Shown piece after piece: positions 37,030-48,600 of a stretch of DNA of 64,000 bases. The notes under the pieces were generated by a model. That model was not told the DNA's origin, did not search any database, and saw only the letters and a list, made by a program, of their open reading frames with translations. The stretch is from Zygnema circumcarinatum SAG 698-1b (Eukaryota; Plantae; Zygnematophyceae), in NCBI GenBank assembly GCA_037447605.1, contig CM074806.1, forward strand, positions 3,534,001 through 3,598,000, given 5' to 3'. The stretch's first letter is position 1, and each line of letters starts with the position of its first letter. A program made the position numbers and the translations under genes.

Positions 37030-37999
37030 CACAGCGTTACCCAATCTCTGCAAAGTAGATGGAACTGCTTATTACGGAACCACACCGAAAACTGCGGAAC
37101 CCCTATGGATCGAATTTCATTTGTAAAAAGAAGCTCAACTTGAGCAAGCTCCGTCCAGTGTGGGCAATGAAGGGTACGGTATCCTCAATATGGCGAGGAA
37201 TTGGTAGCGGATGTATATAAATCTGTCTTGAAAGGGGCAGGTTGGATGACGCCACCTTACGAATGTTGAGAGGCTTAATCTAGGGGGGGTGGACTTAGAC
37301 GAGCAAAAAGCCGTTAGCTTTTGTTGAGTCTGCCACAACTTGCACTAGCTTTTAGTTTTTGAAGAGTAAAATTTGGCGAAAATTTGTTTTGTATTGGGAT
37401 CACATACCTATATTTTGCCCATTTCTATTGCACTTTCCGTAACTATGCTCTCTCCCTTCTTCTGTCTCTCTCGCTCCTTCTCTCGTTTCCTTCCTCCCGC
37501 TCCTTTGTTTATTAGGATCTGCTTCTCAACCCTCCCCTCTCTTGTTGTACTGTGTTCTCCTTTCTCGTGTACTCCTTTCCCATCGCTTGCAGAGGAAATA
37601 ATGAAGCATCAATCTCACGGTGGTGACGCCATCAAATTTACATGGAAAAAATCAACTTACACCAAGAGGAACTGGCCACAAAGTATCCAAGGACAAAAGG
37701 GATATAGTGGTTTCTTTTCGCGTTGTCTCCCCTTCATGTTCGTTGCCCACTCCTCTCTCTGCTCTCCCACCCTCCATCGAACCCCGTTCTCATTCACATC
37801 ACAGCCACATACTCAATCGAAAACACCCCGACAACCCTCTAGAGCAAACCTCTGCCTCTAGACCTCACAACACACCTCCTCTTTCTCAACATTTCCTCAT
37901 GCCCCATGTTGGGCCATTGCCTCTTCCCAAGCCCTAGCCCCCCCCCCCCTCAAGGTTCAACGAATCCCACCCCCATTGGGCCGCACATAAATATCTGCC

Positions 38000-38096
38000 G
38001 TACGTACATCCGCGGGACGCGGCCTCCCCCTGTCAGGGCTCCAGGTGTCCGTACAGTTCGTGCATTTCGTACTGTACTTATTCGTACACTGTGTAC
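38000..38096. promoter_or_regulatory. Cluster of seven GTAC cores upstream of PIFI
   Basis: GTAC at 38000, 38004, 38051, 38069, 38074, 38084 and 38093. Confidence 0.5.
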
Positions 38097-38242
38097 GGTA
38101 ACCCTAATCGCCTTATCTTGGCAGCCATTGCTTCTCGACGGTGAGACGGTCTGCAGACGAGGCGGCCTTCCTGCTGCCTCTCTCTCTCCCTTCCTCCCCT
38201 TGCCCTCGCTCGCGCCCGCGGAGGGAGCTCGTCAGGGCAGGC

Positions 38243-41200
38243 ATGGAGTCGCTTTCAGCTGTGGTTGCAGGAGCTCTTCCTCTGGGCAGCGAGAGAGTTG
38301 CGGCCGTCGCGCAGAGGCGGACAGTCAGGTCTGTGGACGCTGCTTTGCAGGGAAGTGGGTTGGGTTGGGTTGTGAGAGCAGGTTAGTGTGTTTGTATGAC
38401 GCATGCCGGGGCATTTTGGGAGAAGTGCTGGAATCGAGTACGACATTAGAAACTTTCAATCGGAAGGTGACACTTGGCTGTGCTGTGGGGAGAAAATCAC
38501 ATAGACTGTTTGGATTCGTTACCGCCAGCTAGAACGAGTTTTCTCATTTTCTTGAGTTTTATCGTAGGAGTGTGTTCAATTTTGGGTGGAGTAATGCAGG
38601 TTGGTTGCAGGCTCCTAGCATGTTTGCAGATTGTAGCCACGATAGCGCATGTGTGTGGAGGAAATTTCGACAGTTATAGGCTAGGGGCCTGGGTGTCCTT
38701 CCAAATTTTTTCTGTCACAGTTCCTATCACGGTATCTAGTCTCATTGGACCATCACCTGGATGTTTTCCTGGAGATGACATGAACGAAGTGTTCGTTGAA
38801 TTCATTCACTGTGAAGTATGCACTTCGTGCTGGTGGTTCATTTCCTGGTCATATCTTCGTCAGCCATATTGGGAGTTCTTGTGCAAGCCAAATAATGATT
38901 GGAAATCACCGGATACTTTCGCTGACTCTGATCGATGGCTGTTTCCGCTGGTGCTTAACTTTCTGCTAGCAGATTTCGGGCTGGAATGATTATCTTGTAA
39001 AGTGTGGTCTTTCTAATTATTTTTTGTATTTTTGATGTCCTGGTCGCAGCATCGCGCGAAGTACCTTTTTGGGTGATGGGAAATCTGGTCTGTTGAAGTC
39101 TGAAGCCTCTTGCTCTACATCCTTCTCCAAGGCGGGCAGGGGAGGTGCTCTGCCAATCCGAGCGAGCTTGGCAATTGCTCCTTCTCCAACGGCTATCAAG
39201 TAAGATTGTGCTCCAACTGAGGGATCTTCGGCCATTAGTTATCTGGGTGGAATTCCTTTCCTTTGCCGGAAAAATGGAGTTGTCCCCGAATATTGGAGTT
39301 TAGTTTTACCTTGAATTGAAGTACGGACAAATTGTCCTGCCAGTTGTAAACACGTATCTGGGCAGATATGTAGGTGATGGATAAGTTTTACTATGAAAGT
39401 AAAGGTTATCCTGGCGAATGATAACTCTGAAATTTTAATTTTGATATTTTAACCAGCTTTCCCTGGAGGCCTTTCTGAATTAATTTTTTCAAACAAACTT
39501 TCACTAGGCCTAGGTCCCCATCCTTTTTGTGAGTTTGATCACAACATCTCCTCTTACATACCACGTCCCGTCCAAATATTCAAATCACGAAACCTTAATC
39601 CTTCGCGTAGCTTGTTTACTTCTTTGGATGCCCATTCCCTCCAGTTAACAAGATCTTGCCAGCATTCATGTAAGTTCCTGGGCCCGGTTGCAGATATGTA
39701 CTCCCCACTTGGGCAAAATTTGAAATCGGCCAGTTTCCTGTTTTCTGGGAGACTGCCACTGGCCGCCCTCCGGCTTCGGTAAGTTGTTTGGCGTCCGTCC
39801 TTAGCCAGGTCGCCCTATGTTTTCCTATGCTTTCCCATGTGCAGGAGGTGGAGTCGGTCATGCTTCTAATCAGGGGCTGTTTTTGAAACAGGGTGAACTT
39901 TTGACTATCTGGTTCAACCCATCTGCTAGCAAGATTAACCCCAACCCAGACTATGGTGTGGGATTTAATGGAGGATTTAACTCTCCAATTATGTGTGCTG
40001 GAGATCCTCGATTGATGACGAAAAAGGAACGTGGCCCGCAGTGCGACCCAGTTTATACTATTAAGATCAATGTGCCCATGCATGGTCAGTTGCGAGCGTC
40101 TTGTTCTCAGTGCCTGGGCGTGTGCATCTCATCCTCGTATTGAGTCTCTGATGACAGCGTAGATTTTTTTGAAGACAGTGCGAAGAGTTTTTAGGTTTTT
40201 TGAGTGTTGTTGTATTGTAGTGCACTCAATAGTGTTCCCGCATGTGCTGCCTGCCCAAGCTTGTTGCGGCTCAGTAGAGTACGTTGATATTTCCACAGCA
40301 GTATCTTGAAGATGACTAGTGCAGGTCTTCTTTGTGTCGATGCGTAGTTGTTAGAGCCCTTACAATGGATGCAATGAATTAGTCTATGCATCCATAAGTG
40401 ATGCATGTAACGTGTCACTGAAGGCGTTGGAATGTTGACCTTGTTGTGTGTTTGCTTGTGCAGCCACCCACATCGAGTTTTCCTTTACTGATGGAAAGGA
40501 GTGGGAGGGGCCGTACTGGGTTGAGCTTGAGATTCCTGCTAAGTGGCGAAATCAGCCAGCGTCTTTCTTTAACGAGGTCAGTTAAGGTTTGATTCTTGTC
40601 TGTCTTGAGCAAATAGTATCTGGAAGAATATTGGGTGCGAAGGGCCTTGCTTGAACATTGTTTTTGCGGTTAACAAATAAATGAACGGTGAGCTTGTAGC
40701 ACCCATTCATTGACTCTAGACCACACGACATGGCTAGTGTATCTGAGGTTGGTTGTAATTGAGTGAAACCTACTTTAATGCTCTAGTTGAAGGCCGTCCT
40801 ATGTCGTATGTCCTTTATCTTGAGGACAACTGAACTGAATGGGGACTATTTCACCGCAGCCTTCCTAACCGCTTGTTTTGGTTGCTGTTTGTGTGGCTGC
40901 AGGGCCTGACAAAGGAGCTTGCAGCTGACGGTGCCTGTGAAGTTGCCATCTACCCCGACGCTCCCTTTGTGCAGGACCGCTGCATGATGCCGGGAGGCGT
41001 CAGTCAGACCGATGTGAGCCATGCAGGCACCTGCAACCTTGTTCTGGGGCAAAATATCTGCGTGATACTGTAGTTCACAAATCCTCGAGATTTGTAGGTT
41101 GAACTTTGTGTGTCATTCATGTCAATCTGCTGACTAGCAGCGCCTGTCCGCGTGACCTGACGTGCAGGCCCCTTCTTGCGAGCTGGACATCGTGCCGGGA

Positions 41201-41287
41201 TGCACAGATCCGGAGTCGCCCTTCTTCGATCCTCTGGCAAATGTGGACGATGGCTCGTGCCCAATTGATGAACCCTTGAAGACATAG
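38243..41287 (+). CDS. PIFI: Chloroplast protein PIFI (post-illumination chlorophyll fluorescence increase; NDH-associated)
   Basis: Transit-peptide-like exons, then [93 protein letters not shown] and [27 protein letters not shown]-stop (41285-41287), collinear with Arabidopsis PIFI as recalled. The 5' exon structure is uncertain. Confidence 0.9.
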
Positions 41288-42177
41288 AAGCAGCTTCCCT
41301 CTACAAATTCCGATGCAGCCTCGTGGACATTCCCGCCACCATCTTGAAGGCTACGCGGAACTCATTTCCGGCCTAGAAATGGTTGCATTGATCATAATTA
41401 AGTTTCTCGACTGTAAAGGGCATCTTCCCCGTTGGTTCAAAGTCTGGCAAGGAGGCGGGTTGCGAAGCCAGGAATGGGGTCGACGTAGGAGATATATATC
41501 TAGGGCATTCATGCGGTGCGTTACGCAGTGGGGATTGACAATATTACCGTGACCAGGAACTGCGCCTTGCATTTGTCCATGTTTCGAGATCTTGTGAATC
41601 CTCCTCTATAACGTTAGGCAATGCCATAGCTTGAATGCGTTGCGACTCAATGGCACTATTTGTTAGTTTGTTTGTATTTGGCACTAAGAGCCCGGTGGAT
41701 GTCGTCTTTCTCGTTTTTGGCAAGTCATCAGCTCGTTGGCCTGCGCACCTGGAATCTGGATGTCGTAGACTGCCATTCAAGCTATTGTACCGTAAAACTT
41801 GCCCGTTTGAACGCGCTAGAGCCATTCCCACTGTCTCATCAGCTCAATTCCAGCTAGCTGGGCGTCGTCGTCTCAGCCTCTCCCACCCTTCCACCTCCCT
41901 GCCCCTCCCCCCAGCAGTGCTCCCTTCGTGCCTGTGGTTATCGGTAGTATCACGCATGCAGCTGTGAACGCATCGAGGCTCAAGGTGTCGTGCGCGACGC
42001 GATTGGGGCAACAACAACGCAAAGAGGAGGCGAGGGCTCGACCGGATGGCGGGGCTTGCTCGGCGGGCCTTCAGGCTGGTGTGGTGCGGGCCCGGCTCCG
42101 GCGCGCCCACGCCCACTGCGCGATTCTCCGACGACCTCGTGCAACTTCGACTTTGCGAGCGGTCAGCTCTTCGTGGA

Positions 42178-42374
42178 TCTCAATGTGGCTGTTGAGCATG
42201 CACCATTCATTCATTCATGGCATCGCCATATCGCGAGACCAATGCCATCATCCAAATCCAAATCAATAATCATTCAACGGTGAATTTTCCAACGAAGAGA
42301 ATGGAATTGGCATTGGTCTCGCGATGATAGCGATGCCATGAATGAATGGTGCATGCACAACAGCCACATGGAGA
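42178..42374. repeat. Long near-perfect hairpin (about 70-bp arms, 60-nt loop); MITE or MIRNA-like
   Basis: 42178-42247 pairs with 42308-42374, differing by about 3 mismatches, one 4-nt bulge and one 1-nt indel. Confidence 0.85.
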
Positions 42375-42619
42375 ACTACGAGGACAAAGTCGTCTGCATG
42401 CCCCAGTACAGTACGTAATTTGGGGCCTCGATTCTGACGACTTTCCGAGTTACCGGACGGTAAGGCACCGACGGCAAACAGACGGTATTTTCAATACGAT
42501 ACGATACGTTCCCTTCGTGCACTGCGCGATATATCGTCGTGGCTGCCGTCCAAAATGTCCGGAAACTTCGTTCAAGGTACAGTGGGGGGTCCTCGTATTT
42601 ACCACCCCAAGAAGTGCGT

Positions 42620-45600
42620 TGTAGCACAACGGAGCTGCGTTCGACGGATCCGCGCCCGTTCAGTTGTACTTGACATATTCATGTTCAGGGTCACGGACCG
42701 GCATAATCCAGGAATTGCTGATTTGCAGTGTCGGTGAGAAGGTGGCGCTATGTGTTGGAGGCCCACGGACAGCACACACCATCTGCTAGGCGTACTCTGA
42801 AGTGCTGCAAAATGCCGCCGATTGTCAGCACCGCATTGTAAGGCCTCTACGTGTTAGTCAGGCCCCCCTGCGGGCAGTTGGCCAATCAGGGCCGTCGCCA
42901 AGGCTCAAGATCTATTGTCGCTAAGCAAGTAGATGGATGTCAAAGGATGCTTGGTTTGTCTTTAGTGCTGTATCATTTTGTATTTTGCTGTGTGGTTTGT
43001 TGTCTTGTTCTCTCTTCCTCTTCTCAGCCCGTGCCAATGCATGCTAAGTGTGAGAGAGAGAGAGAGTTCCATGCCATAGATAGAGAGAGAAAGAGAAAGA
43101 GTCTTCTTGCTGATAGCATTTAGACGCCCCTATCTGTGCCCAAATGCATAAAGATTTCCAAGTGAGAAGATACTTTCATTGTAATGTACATCCCCGCCAA
43201 CTGGGTCAGTGACTTTCCAAAATACAACCTTTATCTAAGTTGAGTCCTCGCTTCTTCTTTGTCGCCACTATGCCAAGCTACCATCATCTTGTTCCATCCT
43301 CGCCTACATTCCCCAATGACCAATGATAACTAGAAGCCTAGCTGAGATTCGCAGGAGAGTAGGAGAGCCCCGCGAAGGGCTACTCTTTGGCGCGATCGAA
43401 ATACCGCCGGTGGAACATCTTCGATCCACGCCTTCCGTCAGCGTTCTGCACCCTCCCCGGATCCCGCTCTATGTCAGAGGCGCACTCCACAAAACCAACC
43501 CAACCTCTTCATCGCCAAAGACGGACGCTACGAAAGTGGGCTTCCAGACAAAGACTGCAACTAGCTCAGCTCTTTAACCCCACTCTATCTTGGTATCGAG
43601 TCGGCGTTTTGCGTGATCCACGCATTCCTTTGATAATGAGGTTGCCGACCCGCGGACCCGTGTCACGTACCGCCATGGATGAAGAGTCAGCAAATAAGAG
43701 GGACAAGCAGACTTCCATGAGTATTCGGGACATGAAGACTTGGGACCTCAAGAAGAACCGGGCGATCGTGGAACTGAAGAACTGATTCGATTCGAGAAGA
43801 AGCAAAATGAGAGAGATCAAGATGGGCATCACCTAAGAGAACCCTTATCCTTTCGGGCCTTTGGCTTACCTTGAGCGTATCGAGTCGTATCAAGCATATT
43901 TCCAGCCGCATCTACTCAAAGTGCGGATGGCCATAAACTCGCCGGGCGCATATGCACGCTAGATGACTGCTTGCAGCTCAGTTTGCCAGAACGGGCCCAG
44001 AGCGCCGTGAAGCAGAGGGAGTGCGTTCCGCTCGAACTCAGATCCCCGCGCCCACCACCAGAGACAAAACCCACGATCTCCGCTGATAAATTCACGCACT
44101 GAATCCCTTTGCCAGCAGCGCACGCAGCCTCCCACAGTTGCAGTAAGGGATTCCCTCGAAGACACCCCTCACCTCCTGCTCACAACAACGTACCCATCCC
44201 AGCCTCACAAAGTGAGAGCGGCTTCGGGGCAAGGGTAGGACGCATCGCGAAGGACCCTCCTGGGGCTTTCACCAACCTCAGAGAAGCACGAAGTCGACTG
44301 GAATTTCAAAGAAGATGAAGAGATGATGACCAACCGGCAAAGAATGATTCCCTAGTGAGGTGAGAGGGGATACCACTGCATCATCAAGAGGCTTTCACCG
44401 CAAGCAAGAAGATGGGTGGGGGTTACGGCCGGCATTACCTTGGAGGAGAAGGCAGCCAAGCAGTAGCGCACCGGCGGGGAGGACCGCGGGATCAAGCCGC
44501 CCTCGGGATGCTAAGAAGGAGAGAGGCGTCAATCGAAGCCGCCCAAACCGGCACAAGGCGGATGTCGTCGGCAACCTGACAAGGGACACATTCAAGCAAG
44601 CTTTCAGACAACGCTGGATTTCAGATCCGATCACTGTGCTAGACGGACTTCGCTACATAGAATGCTACGCTGATGAGCCGTCGCTTGAATTCACCGGAAG
44701 CGTTTTATGCTGCGATGGCAAATGACGCCGCATCGGTGAACTTGCCTGACTTTCCTCGGTCAGCTGGTTCCGCGCCATCGGTGAAGATCTCCAAATTCGA
44801 TCGCGGAGCTGCGCGCATAAATCCCACCGCAGGAGCGCCCGTGCCCGGTTAAAAAGGGCGCAGCTTAATCTCGTAAGGATCAAGAGAGGCAACCGACATG
44901 TATGACCACATTACATGAATGCTACGGATCCACGACAAGATCGACTCTACCAGCAGTTCCTGAAGACACAGAATCAACAGTTGTTCGATCCCTACGCTAC
45001 ATCTACTCGGAACAAGCCTTCCTTCTCCGGCGTCACTGCTCAGGACGTCCGGACAGCCCCTGTGGTGCAGCCTCTGGCCATAGCCAGCACGACCAAGCCC
45101 CTTCCCCTTTCCCCATACCCTCATGATCCGGCGCATCCCATTGAGCCGGCGGTGAATCCTCACATACCAGATGCTTCGCCCGTGATATCGGGCCTCTTAT
45201 TCGCCATCGCACACCCGCAAGAGGTCGCTGTGGCCGACCGCGCCGGATGACGTAGGTGCGTGGGTTCCAGGGCGCTCCGCTCAGTACCGCGCCTGAATCA
45301 TAATCCGCCGCTGCTAAGCGGGACCTCATGGACTCCGCGATCAGCTGTGATCACGACATGATTGCAGGTGCGCTTGAGACTCTCGCGAGAAGGCCCGGGT
45401 GGATAGAGTAGCGCCAGTTGTGGAGCTCACCTCGCAGATCACCTTCATGGATATGCTCCACCACTCCCACACCACCAGAACTCGCTCCTTCGCCCGCCAC
45501 CGCCCTCTTTCACTCCGGCTACACCATCCTCGCAACGTCCTTCCATCCACCCTCGCACTTCCCATGGACTCTTCCCCGACAGTAAACGCATTTTCGCGCC

Positions 45601-48600
45601 GAGCCCGACCCCGGCCGCCTTCAAAAGACTTTTCCAGATTGCCGCGTGTGATTGCAACCGCTTGGTCCCAATCCCCATCACTTCTCAAGAGGGTGCTCAA
45701 GCCCGATAACGTAGACAGTAAATGCCTTGTACCCCTCGCCAACTTAAGTATTCCTTGGGCCCACATCCTCGCCATTCCTCCCTCGCCGACGCCAACGGCG
45801 CCAATCCTCTGGCACCTCCACCGTCACACCCCCGCCCCGAGAACTTCAGTCCTCCCTCCTTCCTTACCTGGCCATCTATCGGGATCCACGTCGAGAGGAA
45901 CCGGACCATCTCACGAGAGAGCCGATACAATGGCCACAAGTAGCCGAAGACCGCATGTAAGAAATGCATGTCAACCTCCCACCGCAGCCCTCGCTTACCC
46001 TGCCCATCACGACCACCCCCGACATTATCGCCCATCCCCTCGACAACGCATGTCTATCGCCATGGGAGACAAGGCTAAGATCGCATTACCTTTCACAGCT
46101 GATGCAACCGTACCGTGTGCCGGCAGCTCGTAGTTCGCAGCTGCCGCATAAAGGTAGGGGCTACCTCATGCCACTTTAATATCCGCGCCGATATTATCTA
46201 ATCACATGGCCACGCCTCTCCTCCCACCTGGGGCCGGGCCTCCCCCGCCTTCTCCCGCATTCAGAGATCCTCCCTCCTGATCCCAACACACCAACGTGCT
46301 AATTATTGTCAATGTATGGCTAAACTGGCCATCCCAAAGAAAGCCATGATCTACACAAGAAGCCATATAGCAAGACAGCCTGGCCCAAGCCAGAATGAAG
46401 GGGTCAAGTAGGGGTTAAGTTACAAGACACTTGGAGCCTCCATCCCTCTCGAGTATGTGGGGGTTGAGGGGAGTTTACATGAAGCGATTGGGCAGCCCGA
46501 AGCGATCATCACTCGGGCGATGGGAGCCATCACGGTGAATGCGTCATCACGCGGCCACAGCACTATTCTATCCTCACGTGGGCTCATTGGCTCATTGGCG
46601 CATGGGAGCACAAATCGACTGCTACGTGTCACTGCACTTACTGTACGGGCGGGACAGACTCTTCCTTCCCCCATCATCCTCGAGTCCCTGCCACCTCCCT
46701 CCCCTGCTAAACGCCACGCCTACTCGCCAAGTGTGTGTGTCTCCCTACCCGTGATCACCATAAAATTACGCGCGGCCTTGTTCCCCCATTCTTCCTATGG
46801 ATCGCCAATTCTGGATCGGCGACGAGAGACTCTCCCGCCCCCAGTCCAGCTCAGGCTACCGACAAGAACTTTTGCCGCGATAGCCGCAACTCGCCTTTCC
46901 CCACGCAGACCACATTAGTGATGAGTGGCCGAAATAGGGTCAGATGCGACAGGCCGGCGCGTAAAATCTCCCCGTAATCCGGACAAGCATCTCACAATTA
47001 CGCCAAGTGTCACAATAAAATCATCTAGATTTCTGGGCATCGGCTATTTCTCCTACTCAGCGACATCGGGTAAGACCCACCGACAGAGCTACACCACATC
47101 GGGACACACGGGATGCACCTCCCCGCTATGACCATGACCCTACCGCTTCTTCCGCCACCGGGCCAAGAGGCCGATGTCGAATCCATAGATCGGCGAGAAC
47201 GCGGGTCAGCCGCCGGAACCTCGGAGAGGGCCTTGGCCAGCCCACCGTCACTTCAAAAGCCGGATGGCACACTCCGCTTCTGTGGAGACTATCGGAAACT
47301 GAATGCCATAACGAAGTGGGATCCCTATACATTACCAGATGTGGACCTGATTCTCCACGGCGTCTCCCCTGATGACCGGTGGTTCTCGGCACTTGACATG
47401 CAGAAATCTCTTCTGGCAGATCCCCCTGCGACAGGCCGATCGCTGCAAGACTGGGCTTCGCACAGCCACGCGCTTCGTGCAGTGGACGGTGCTTCCCTTT
47501 GGGCTCAAGAATTCCAGCCAGACTCACCAGCCGCCTCGGGCCAAATCCAGGTGTTCTGGCCCCCCGTGCCTTCTCATCTAACCCACGCGGATGATGCTTC
47601 CTCCACGCTAGCACCCGGGTCCTCCCACCGCAACACATTATTCAAACGCCTTTGCCATCGCTAAGGCCACTGGAGATCGCAGGCACCGCTAGTGCAAAAT
47701 GGGGCCACCAAGAGATCACTCATCTCGGGCACTGCCTCGGCATCAATGGCCTGAAACCATCACTCGACAAAATTGAAGCAATTGACCTTATGCCCATTCC
47801 ACGTAATCCCCACTCACCAAGTCTTCTTCTCTTGGGACTCACCTCTTCTATCGCCGTTCATTAAGGGCTATGCCCCTATCGCTGGCCCTGAGAAACACGA
47901 GTCCACTCACGTACCGGAGCCGCAGCGCTAGAGCCGGCCTTCCGTGCGCCAAGGCTACAAGAGTTCCTTCGTGCCCTTGTCTCCAGACCAATTGACCCCA
48001 CCCCCGCCCCACCACATTATCGACGCCGACCGATTTTATAAAGTCAGCGTGGGGTTACCAAGCATTCTCGATGGGGAAACACCCAGCTTATGCGCAGCGT
48101 GGTTTGCCGTAAACGGCGACCAAATAATGCTCTACTGCAGGGTGTAGAGGCCGCGCTGCCCTTCTGCAGCACCGGTAGTTCGGGGTTTCACGCCTACCAG
48201 CCCCAAGTATATCATCCGGATCACCGCTACGCCCCCCTCACCCGTCAGCACACACATCATGGCTACCCCACGTTCTAAGCTCGCACGGTATAAGTATGTG
48301 CTGAGTGAGTATAATGTACTTAAGGTCACTCACCGCCCCGCCGTAGCCACACGCGAATACCGCCGGACGCCTCAGCCGCAATCCTCGGCCTCCCTCCTCC
48401 TCGGCCACTTATCCGCACTGCTCTCAACTCCATCCCTCCACCCACCCCTCAACCTCGAAAGCATCTTCCCCATCAGATTTTCATTACGTGCATCAAGACT
48501 TACATATCATATTCGCGATGGGTCGATCGATATTCCGGCCACGCCACCACCCTCCATCGGCCGCAGGACCCTCCGGACTTCACCCACGCCACCCATACGT

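Noticed and set aside
43590-43602. tRNA-Met PBS (TGGTATCGAG) for the Gypsy family
   Set aside because: It occupies the position where other copies show the LTR terminus TTGTGCTACA, and copy B reads TTGGATCACA, so it may just be a noisy LTR end. Unresolved.
44360-46900. Many 70-240 aa ORFs inside Gypsy A as cargo genes
   Set aside because: GC-rich frameshifted gag/protease region; no independent domain recognised.
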